Positions 12,425 to 21,350 of a stretch of 64,000 bases of DNA are shown in pieces. Numbering within the stretch: the stretch's first letter is position 1; every line of letters begins with the position of its first letter. Source of the stretch: Haliotis cracherodii (Eukaryota). The notes below the pieces were generated by a model, which had not been told where the DNA came from, made no database searches, and saw only the letters and a program-made list of their open reading frames with translations. A program made the translations under genes and the position numbers. The DNA is taken from positions 5,332,001 to 5,396,000 of the forward strand of contig NW_027266269.1 of assembly GCF_022045235.1 (NCBI RefSeq). Reading direction: 5' to 3'.

Positions 12425-12790
12425 GACCGCCTCCGTGGTCTAATGGTAGAGCGTCCGCCTGGAGAGCTGAAGGTCCGGGGTTCTATCCCCGGCCGCGTCA
12501 TACCAAAAGACGTTAAAGGATGGTACTTGTTGTTACCCTGTCTGGCGCTCGACATTGAGGGGCTTTAACAAGGACTGGTCGGCTCGGAGTCAGTATACTG
12601 TGTCTGAGTGGGGTATTTATGTTAAACTGCCGCATGGTATCTCAGTGAGCCAGCACTATAAATCAGCATCAGTCCGGACTAGTACCAGCAGCCACACAAA
12701 CACACACACACGTACATGCACGTCGCTATATAAGTGCAATAATCTTGGACGCGACGTTATACACAATTTCACCTCAGCTCACATCACCTC
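12425..12790 (+). mobile_element. tRNA-headed SINE family 3, RUDI-like, (CACCT)n tail; copies at 23460, 26512(-), 37699, 41647(-), 48734
   Basis: A/B boxes TGGTCTAGTGG / GGTTCGATCCC; body GACTGGTCGGCTCGGAGTCAG...GAGTGGGG...TCAGTGAGCCAGCACTATAAA resembles the molluscan RUDI SINE as I recall it; 10-bp TSD ACGCAAATGG around the 26512 copy. Confidence 0.8.
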
Positions 12791-12803
12791 TACAAGGGAA
12801 GAT

Positions 12804-12836
<33 letters not shown>

Positions 12837-12896
12837 CCTCATCTGCACCTATATTCATGAGAAATCCCTGCCAGAAACAGTTCCGACTGTATAATG

Positions 12897-13500
12897 GTGA
12901 GTGAGTGAGTGAGTTAAAGTTTAACGTCACATCGACAATATTTTAGCCATATCGTGATGATACAAAACTGTATAAAATTCTGCCGACGAAGGGCAGTATA
13001 ATAACTAGAATATCACAGATTTACATAAAACGAGTAAGAGAGCATGTAAAAATATATTATCATTTTGCAACACAATATAAAAACTGAAAGTAGATCACCA
13101 TGCTAGGGTCCATGGGAACTTACAGTACTTTTGCTACCTGCATGGACCCCAGCAGTGGTTGGCGATTATTGTCAATTTAGCCGAATTAAAAGAACATATA
13201 TTCTGCGATTAAAAACGTGGTAGTAATAAATATACTGTGAATGACGTGGACTTACGTACCATCTCCGGGGGACAATCCTTTTACACTACTTCAACCCCCT
13301 TCGAGGTACAGCCACTGACAATCTTAGTTATCCAATTTATTCTACCAATATTAAAAGGTCATTTATTAACTACAAAATGAGCATGAATGTGTTTTTGAAT
13401 CACTATCAAATTGTGATGATGCCAGGTGTTTGTGAAAAGATGATCAAATTCTATCTCCTGTCGCTTGTTAATAATGCACATATAATAAATGATGTAATTT
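12897..13500 (-). mobile_element. Probable 3' end of an I/Nimb-type LINE (copies near 23920, 38138, 43310, 49180)
   Basis: Ends ATATGGCTGAAATATTG-CGATGTGACGTTAAACTTTA(ACTC)n, similar to the SINE tails; extent of the body is uncertain. Confidence 0.45.
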
Positions 13501-14245
13501 ACATGACATCGTCATCGTCATCGTCATCATCATCATCATCATCATTGGAGTAAAAAATCAGATTTTAAAAAATTTAATGAGATTTCACAGTTTTGCAACT
13601 ACAGACTTTAAATTATATTCAGAATAAGCAAAACACAACAGTATCATCATCATCATCATCATTGGAGTTAAAAATCAGATTTTAAAAAATTTAATGAGAT
13701 TTCACAGTTTTGCAACTACAGACTTTAAATTATATTCAGAATAAGCAAAACACAACAGGGTGGGCAGTTTTACCGGTATATCGGTAAATTGAGGCTCATT
13801 CTTTGCATGATGCTATCACAATATCAGATGATTTCAAATAGCGATTTTTATCATGTGTTTAATGTTATTAACTTGCCAAATACATGTATCTGCATTATGT
13901 TTCCGTAATTCCAAAATGCAAGTTCACATTCTGGAGTTTTTCTGTGGCATGATGTAGCACCAAGTCATCATTATCCCGGAGCGTTCATCCTTGCGTAATT
14001 ATTGAATGTCCCAGCATCTTGTTTTGTTCCATTTATAAACTTCTATTCCTGATTGATGTTGCAAATTGCTTCCGAATTCACAATTTTGAATTATACAAAA
14101 CATTGTGATACGTATCACAATACGTCCTTGTGCACTGTGAAATATTGTGATACACTTGAAACATCCAAAACCCACCCCTAAAACAAATATAACAAAATCG
14201 ATCATTTCTGCTAAGAATCAAAATGCACTTAAGGAACTGAACTTG

Positions 14246-14819
14246 TTAGACCGACAACACTGATTGAAAGCAGTCAATCATTTCAGCCATCAGCTTAAAC
14301 TTGGTTTCATTCCCAAGATTCACAAAGTCCTGTTGCTCCTCAAGATAAATGTCAAACGCATAACCATCTGGGTTTCTAAATCTGAACGATTTCGCAATTT
14401 GTATTGCAGCATTCAGGAGTTTAGGCATGCTGTGCTTATCTGCCAGATATAAAGCGTGAAGAACCTCTCTTTTTAAAGTAGATTCGTCACGACAGAGTGT
14501 TAACAGAAACTCCTCACACTTCCGCTTCAAGCCATCCATCTGGTACTCGTCAGCCAGTTCCAGCAGTCTGTCCACCGTTACCTGGGTGACAGGCCTGAGT
14601 TCTGATGGGTAAATACAGAGAAGCAAGTCCACAATGTCATCATATGTTTTTCCCGGTAGAGGGACTTCACTTTGCCGCTTTTCTTTAAAGTCTCCATTAA
14701 ACATCCTGTGAAAAACATCCGATGCTGCTGAAAGTGCCCCTTTGATGACGTGAACACGTCTCCCTTCTACAACCAGAGCGACATCAGTCTTGTCAGAGGG
14801 TTCGTCAAACACAGATGAC
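14246..14819 (-). CDS. BTB/POZ protein type A, copy A1, exon 2 (202 aa with exon 1)
   Basis: TDVALVVEGRRVHVIKGALSAASDVFHRMF...LLELADEYQMDGLKRKCEEFL is a BTB fold followed by BACK-like helices; acceptor tggcag|G; intact to TAA. Confidence 0.92.
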
Positions 14820-15051
14820 CTGCCAGCATAGAAGATCAAGTCCATGGGTCACTTTACATCAGAGAAAACAAGATCATTACAATACATACTCCTCTTTACA
14901 CTTGTGTTTCATTTCTTGACATTGTCATAACAACGTAAGTTACATCTTTACATTTCGCTTGGTCAGATACCATAGAAAGTCCACTCGTTTCGTAAAAATG
15001 GTATCTAATGAGAATGTGTGCTGAATTCACTATTTATCTTTCAAAGTTAGC

Positions 15052-15318
15052 GGGGCACGGGTGGCCCAGTCGTCTAAGGCGCCGCGATTCGCTGTGCAGA
15101 GTTGCGTCCCCTTGACACGCCAGAAACCTATGATTGTGGGTTCGAATCCCGGTTCACCCCGATTATGTTTCTAGGTTTGTCAGCACCATACTTGTGCTCG
15201 TGGGTTTCACCGAAGTGGTAAACGTCGGAGACCTGCATCACTTCGGGCTTTCCTCCCACATTAAGCTGACACGCCGCGATATAACTGGAATAATGTTAAA
15301 CCCAACTCACTCACTCAC
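15052..15318 (+). mobile_element. tRNA-derived SINE family 4 with TSD CTTTCAAAGTTA
   Basis: TSD on both sides; empty sites in paralogous introns near 26210, 41355, 45378, 51278. Confidence 0.85.
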
Positions 15319-15757
15319 TTTCAAAGTTATGGCTACCATTTTGGAGAAATTATAAGTTAAGGAAGGTTTTTTGTTTGTTTGTTTGTTTGTTCGTTTATTG
15401 TTCAACTCCGCGATCGGCAATGTTCCAGCTATATGACGGCGGTCTGTAAATAATCCAATCTGGACCAGTCAATCCAGTGATTGACTTCATGAGCACCGAT
15501 CCACGCAATTAGGGTATGATGACATGCATCAACCATGTCAGCGAGCCTGACCACCCGATCCCGTCTGTTGCCTCTTACGACAAACATAGTCGCCATTTAC
15601 AGCAAGCATGGGTTGCTGAAGACCTTCTCATCCTGAATCTTCACGGGTCTTAAAGAAGGTAAGTCCGAGTAATCTACTGAAACACAGCTCATCACAGAAC
15701 CACTATGGCAAGGGATATTTTATTTGATGTCATCTCGTATTTCCTACAGTGCAAAGT

Positions 15758-15920
15758 GGGGCGGTCGGGAAGCCTAGTGGTTAAAGCATTGGCTCATCAC
15801 GCCGAAGGTCCGGGTTCGATTCCCGACATGGGTACAATGTGTGAAGCCCATTTCTGGTGTACCCCACCGTGATATTGCTGGAATATTGCTAAAAGCGGCG
15901 TAAAATCATACTCACTCACT
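15758..15920 (+). mobile_element. tRNA-derived SINE family 1 (~165 bp, ACTC tail); about 20 copies, e.g. 12153(-), 22463(-), 23190(-), 24654, 28271, 29622, 36740(-), 43824, 45818, 47733(-), 55032, 63120
   Basis: A box TAGCCTAGTGG, B box GGTTCGATTCC, then non-tRNA body and GCGGCGTAAAACCAA(ACTC)n tail. Confidence 0.9.
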
Positions 15921-16544
15921 ACAGTACAAAGTAGATTTAAGATGTAGATGTAGATGTAACCATGGTTACACTGGAGCGGATTATATTTGTCTTCTTTAGA
16001 TTTGAGTATTGATCATGACTACATTTATTTTTTTATATTATGTTATGCCGTGTAAACATGAATTATGATCTGTATGATCTGTGACTAAACACACTTATGA
16101 TAATGTAAATATGATTAAGGTACTACTTACATTGTGTATTTAAAGAAATCGTCATATAAAAATAAAAATTCATCATATGAAATACTTGTATTATGAAATT
16201 ATCATTTGCTTTGTAATGCCAAGAAACGTCTTTTTATTGGATTGTCGCTGGTCCTAGTCGGGGAAATCTTGGGTAAGGGAAGTAACTCTAGCCCCGGATA
16301 ATATGTTATATTGTTAACGTGGTTACCAGGATGGTAAGTTGCGAATGTCTGCGGTACCGGGAGTTAACAGAGGGGTGTCAGCCTGTCGGGGTATATCATT
16401 TCCATGCCAGTGGTTTATTTTATGTCAGTCTTGTCAAATATGCGGGAATTGAAGCAATAGCAAGCACACACATTACATTCTACGCAGATATTGTTTCGAG
16501 TTTCCCGATTTACAATTTCCAGTTTCAAATATACTGATTGTTAC

Positions 16545-16579
16545 CTTATTTCATCCTTGGCATGTTTAGGAGTAGCCAT
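16545..16579 (-). CDS. BTB A1 exon 1 (MATPKHAKDEI-R)
   Basis: ACAATGG Kozak context, 35 nt, AG|GTAAC donor, phase 2 joins G|TCA of exon 2 in frame. Confidence 0.75.
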
Positions 16580-16665
16580 TGTTACCAGGTAGTTACTGCA
16601 CCGTGATAATAATTGTCAGGTGACGAGGCCACAGCTAACACGGTAACTCGATGAACAAAACCCTT

Positions 16666-16719
16666 GTTTCACTCTCGATTTGACACTTCTGAGAAGTAGA
16701 CCTAAGGGAGGTAACTCGC
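16666..16719 (-). promoter_or_regulatory. Putative type A promoter module: IRF-like site, STAT/GAS site TTCTGAGAA, and GGGAGGTAACTCGC motif
   Basis: 87-140 bp upstream of the ATG; conserved at 30686 (GTTTCACTTTC) and 58159. Confidence 0.5.
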
Positions 16720-17225
16720 TTGGCTTTTCTTTCTTACAAATTGAGATTGAAATATCAATACTTAAGCTGTAATGGGTCGGATGGTTAGGGTCGTGTGGGT
16801 TCGAACCTGACGTCGTTAAAACGTGTCCTGATTTCTTTTGGCGTGTGACAGAATTTACTTGACAATTATATGTCTCCTGATTTATTTGGACTTTAGGTAT
16901 ACTGATTTATTTATTTGGTATTTGTGAGTGAGACAGAATTTACCTGGTACTTCCTCGTGTCCTGATGTATTTGGTATTTGGGTTGGTTTGTTGGCTGGTT
17001 TGTTGTTTAACGCCGCACTCGGCAATATTCCAGCTATATGACGGCGGTCTGTAATCCAGTGATTGACATCATGAGCATCGATCCACGTACTTGGGATTGA
17101 TGCCATGGATCAACCAAGTTCGCGAGCCTGACCACCCGATCCCGTTAATCGCCTCTTACGACAAGCGTAGTCGCCTTTTACGGCAAGCATGGGTTCCTGA
17201 AGACCTATTCTACCCCGGATCTACC

Positions 17226-17392
17226 CCGAGACAGAATTTACCAAACACTTCAAAGTTTCCTGATTTATTTGGTATTTGGGAGTGAGAGAGAATTTACCAT
17301 GCACTTCCAAGCTTCCTGATTTATTTGGTATTTGGGAGTGAGACAGAATTTACCCAACACTTCCACGCGTCCTGATTTATTTGGTATTTGGG
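17226..17392. repeat. ~55-bp tandem repeat (cctgatttatttggtatttgggagtgagacagaatttacc...); also 31240-31420 and 58722-58958
   Basis: Direct periodicity, 3-4 copies per block. Confidence 0.85.
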
Positions 17393-17527
17393 TTGGTTTG
17401 TTGTTTCGTTTGTTGTTTAACGCCGCACTCAGCAATATTCCAGCTATATGACGACGGTCTGTAAATAATCAAGCCCCGACCAGACAATCCAGTGATTACT
17501 GTCATGAGCATCGATCCACGCACTTGC

Positions 17528-17680
17528 CACAGTGCCAGTTGACCTCTCCCAGTGCGAGCTGACCAGTGCTTGATGACACACTAACCAGCTCTCACAGTGC
17601 CAGTTGACCTCTCCCAGTGCGAACTGACCAGTGCTTGATGACACACACTTATCGGCCCTAGCCACAGTACCAGTTGACTT
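17528..17680. repeat. 65-bp minisatellite, about 2 copies
   Basis: cacagtgccagttgacctctccc at 17528 and 17593. Confidence 0.85.
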
Positions 17681-18304
17681 AGTAACCTTATCACAGAACA
17701 ACTAACTGGCACTGAACGGAACCTCTTTGAAAAACGACTGAAGTCTCTGAAAGTTCTTCAGCACTCATCTGTTATTCATGAAGAGGACGTAAAACTATTG
17801 TCAAACACGTTTTCAAATAAAGGGAATATTTATTTTAGCAAAAGATCGCACACAAATCGTCTAAACAGTGTGAGGACATATCAGAAATGTTCAGAATTCT
17901 AAATCTACACTGCTTTTGTAATCTTACGTCGTCTATAAATACACACACTTTGTCAATAACGGCAACACAACACAGGTATGTTGATGGAAAACAAAAAGGT
18001 CACATGTCATTTGGGTATAACAAATCCCTGGAAAAAAGTCCATATAAGATGTACCAATTGTCACTCAAGATCAGATAGCAGGGGACCTATTCTCACTTCG
18101 GTTCATCTGACAGGAAACATTGGCACTGTGAATCCTCATAAATCAGAATCATATTATTTTTTATCTTCTCACACTTATCAAAAAAAAAAAGGTGGGCGTT
18201 GGAATAGTCCGAGGATGTATTGCCCACATGCCTACAGTGTAGGCCATTTCTGGTCCCCCGCCATGGGTCCGCTGAAAATCAACTCAATATCTCCTTTTCC
18301 TTTT

Positions 18305-18857
18305 TTACCTTATTTCAAGGTAATCTACTCGCTTACGAAGTAGCTTAGCAAGGCTTCTCGATGAAAGTTTCGTATAGTCTTCATGGTTCGCTATAATCTG
18401 ATTAATTGAAACTTTAGATAACGTGTCTATAACTATCTCTAACAAAGTTTCCAATTCATACTTATCGGCCAGGTATAAGAAGTGCACTATGTCGTTACAG
18501 TTTTGTACACCATAAAACTTATCAGTTTTACATAATGACAATATAAACTCCTCACACCTCCTCTTCAGGCCAACTATCTGGTATTCGTCAGCCAGTTCTA
18601 GCAGTTTGTCGACCGTTTCCATGGTGATAGGCCTGAGTTCCGATGGGTAAATACACAGCAGCATGTCCACAATGTCATCGCGAGATTTGCCTGGAAGTGG
18701 AATTTCAGCCTGCTGCTGTTCTTTAAAGTCGCCATTAAGCATGCGGTCAAAGACATCTGACGCCGTTGACAGAATCGCTTTATTGACGTAGAGACGTCTT
18801 CCCTCCACCACAATCGCAACATCAGATTTAGCTGTGGGTTTATCAAAGACTGATGGC
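18305..18857 (-). CDS. BTB/POZ protein type B, copy B1, exon 2 (193 aa with exon 1)
   Basis: Acceptor ttgcag|G, PSVFDKPTAKSDVAIVVEGRRLYVNKAILS..., intact ORF. Confidence 0.9.
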
Positions 18858-19104
18858 CTGCAACGAATACGAATCTATCAGATGACGTCATAACTGTCAC
18901 CCATTAATAATCGATAATGGACCAGGCAATCCAGTGATTAAGATCATAAGCATCGATCCACGCATCCCGTTAATCGCCTCTTACGACAAGCATTGGCTGC
19001 TGAAGACATAGTCTATCCAGGATCTTCACGGGTCTCACGCGGACCTATACACTGGAGTATGGGCTGTGGGTCCCTGTTCCCCATTACCCGTCTCAGGTAC
19101 TCAC

Positions 19105-19133
19105 CTTCTCTTCAGGAATACATGTGTGGCCAT
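19105..19133 (-). CDS. BTB B1 exon 1, proximal copy (MATHVFLKR-R)
   Basis: AAAATGG context, 29 nt, consensus donor AG|GTGAGT, phase 2. Confidence 0.8.
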
Positions 19134-19206
19134 TTTCAGCTTGCAGTAGAATTGGCTACCACACGGACAAGAAACGAGATCTTTATCGGAAAGCAAACCC
19201 GCTAGT

Positions 19207-19224
19207 GTTTTCAGTTTCGATTTC
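19207..19224 (-). promoter_or_regulatory. ISRE/IRF-like element AGTTTCGATTTC, 80 bp upstream of the type B ATG; also at 19641, 33985, 46604, 53393, 61199
   Basis: Matches ISRE consensus AGTTTCNNTTTC; identical in all six complete type B promoters. Confidence 0.55.
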
Positions 19225-19532
19225 AACAATAGACAAACAGTAATGGGCGGTAACTCGCATGTTAGGTTCTCAGTTTTCCATTCGACTAGTTTATTTATAG
19301 GATGTACTGTTGATTACACATGAACAGGCTTTGACGCACGACATTTACATGAACTGGGTCGAGGTTTAAGCTCAGTAACATTAGTCAGTGATGGTGAGTC
19401 AAACTCGCTGGCTTGGTTGATGCATGTTGAAGACCTAATTCTACCCCAGATCTTCACGGGTCACACGCGGACCTATACACTGGAGTATGGGCTGTGGGTC
19501 CCTGTTCCCCATACCCCGTCTCAGGTACTCAC

Positions 19533-19561
19533 CTTCTCTTCAGGAATACACGGTTGGCCAT
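19533..19561 (-). CDS. BTB B1 exon 1, duplicated distal copy (MANRVFLKR-R)
   Basis: ~430-bp tandem duplication of promoter plus exon 1; ATG and donor intact. Confidence 0.65.
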
Positions 19562-19871
19562 TTTCAACTTGCAGTAGAATTGGCTATCACACTGACAAGA
19601 AACGAGATCTTGATCGGAAAGCACACCTGCTTGTGTTTTTAGTTTCGATTTCAACAATAGACAAACAGTAATGGGAGGTAACTCGCATGCCAGGTTCTCA
19701 GGTTTCCATCTAACAACTAGTTTATGTATAGCATGTATTATTGGTTACACATGAACGCATAAAACGACTGTTGGTGTGTGAATGTGTCCACTTCGCGCTT
19801 AAGTCAAATGTTTGTTGGTTTGTTGCCTCGTCTGTCCGCGCCGACACTAACCGCAAAATCGTAGCGATGTA

Positions 19872-21350
19872 TACTGAGTCAAATTAAAAACTTCACATTT
19901 TTAAAAGTAATCCCATATATGATATAAAACGGACAAATGTATCAGAGAAGGTAATTTTTAATCATTAATGTCCAAAGAAGGATGTTAATTAACGGTGGTA
20001 ACCATAATTTGTTCCAAGCACCTACGGTATTCGGATATAACATCAACAGTTTAAATCATAAGTCCCAAGCACGAGAATCTGATGGCACACAAGTTCAATT
20101 GGGTGTATGGCCACAATGTGCGTTGACAACTGCCACACAACGCCTCCGCATGGACCTTGTGATGCTTGTGAACACATGATTGGGTAGACGACGCCATTGT
20201 TGCTGCAAAATGGTGCCAAGATCTTGCAAATTCTGTGATTGGTTCTCGAGAGTGCGCAGACTTCTGCCAAGAGCATCCCAGACGTGTTCGATAGGATTGA
20301 GGTCGGGAGACCTTGACGGCCAGTCCATGACGTTGACTCCCGCATTCTGAAGGAAATTTCTTGTCAAAATTGCTGTGTGGGGTCTGGCATTGTCGTGTTG
20401 GAAGATCAAACCGGGTCCATGTGCTGCCATAAAAGGCAGAAGTTCTGGTGCCAGCCTGGAACGTGCATTGCCACAGGAAGCACACCACACCATGACACTT
20501 CTGCCTCGAAATCTGTCAACTTCCTGTACACAACACTGGGCGTAACGTTCATGACGGCGCCTCCACACCCTCGCCCTACCATCAGCAAACCGAAGATTAA
20601 ATCGGGATTCATCACTGATGACGACTTGATTCCAATTCCTCTGAGTCCATCGTAAGTGTCGCTGTGCCCACAATTGACGTTGACGTCTGAGTAATTGAGT
20701 CAGAATCGGCCCGCAGTATGGCCGTCGTGCTTGAAGGTGAGCAGTTCTCAGGCGGTTTCTAACAGTTTGCGCACTCAGTTTACCCCTAAACAGTTCATTT
20801 CTGGTTGATGTAGCCGTCAAAAATCGGTTACGGAGGTGACGTAAGACAATCTGACGATCATCTGCATGTGACGTCACACGTGGTCGACCTGGCCGAGGGC
20901 GATCAACAGTGGTATCCGTTTGCTGTAGACGCGTCTGTAAATCATAAACAGTCCGTCGACTACAACCCATCGTCCCTGCGACTTCAGCTACGGACGTTCC
21001 CGTCTGCAACATGCCGATGGCACGTTCACGTTGCACATTTGAAAGGCGTGGCATGACAAATGGCCGTAAAGACTTTTGTTTTCTTGTGTTTTTCTTTTAT
21101 TGTTAATGACTGCTAACACGTATGGCTGAAAACACGTGCGGTATTATGGCCACGTGACCAGTTGCACGTGAAAAACCACTTTTGCCACTATAGTGCTGTG
21201 CACATGATTTTGATCACCTGCACTTAAAACGAGTGTTATCTGAAGACAATACGTGGCCATTACTGTTTAAATACACAATAAGGGCCCACAATGATAACTG
21301 GTCAAAATGTTAAAAGTTTAGGATAGTGAAGTTTTTAATTTGGTTCAGTA
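19872..21350 (-). mobile_element. Tc1/mariner DD34E transposon, copy 1
   Basis: TIR TACTGA(G/A)(T/C)CAAATTAAAAACTTCAC, TA TSD; empty TATATA sites near 46846, 53636, 61437. Confidence 0.95.
20095..21054 (-). CDS. Tc1 transposase (319 aa), open frame but apparently with an internal in-frame deletion
   Basis: Paired HTH, GRPR, SDESRF, FQHDNARPH-34-E (SPDLNPIE); the segment between VMVW and FQHD is shorter than is typical. Confidence 0.9.
   Translation of the reverse strand: MPRLSNVQRERAIGMLQTGTSVAEVAGTMGCSRRTVYDLQTRLQQTDTTVDRPRPGRPRVTSHADDRQIVLRHLRNRFLTATSTRNELFRGKLSAQTVRNRLRTAHLQARRPYCGPILTQLLRRQRQLWAQRHLRWTQRNWNQVVISDESRFNLRFADGRARVWRRRHERYAQCCVQEVDRFRGRSVMVWCASCGNARSRLAPELLPFMAAHGPGLIFQHDNARPHTAILTRNFLQNAGVNVMDWPSRSPDLNPIEHVWDALGRSLRTLENQSQNLQDLGTILQQQWRRLPNHVFTSITRSMRRRCVAVVNAHCGHTPN

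Noticed and set aside
13999-14205. Repeated 64-68 aa ORF MIDFVIF... after type A stop codons
   Set aside because: Lies in duplicated 3'UTR containing MITE-like gatacg repeats; similarity is explained by recent duplication and the start is non-ATG
14820-14845. MDLIFYAG as the N-terminus of single-exon BTB genes (ORF track)
   Set aside because: The ATG is absent in A2 and A4; the segment is a pyrimidine-rich acceptor ending in cag, and in-phase upstream exons with good Kozak context exist
15758-15832. tRNA genes
   Set aside because: These are tRNA-like SINE heads: no closed acceptor stem, continuous with a repeat body and microsatellite tail, many decayed copies
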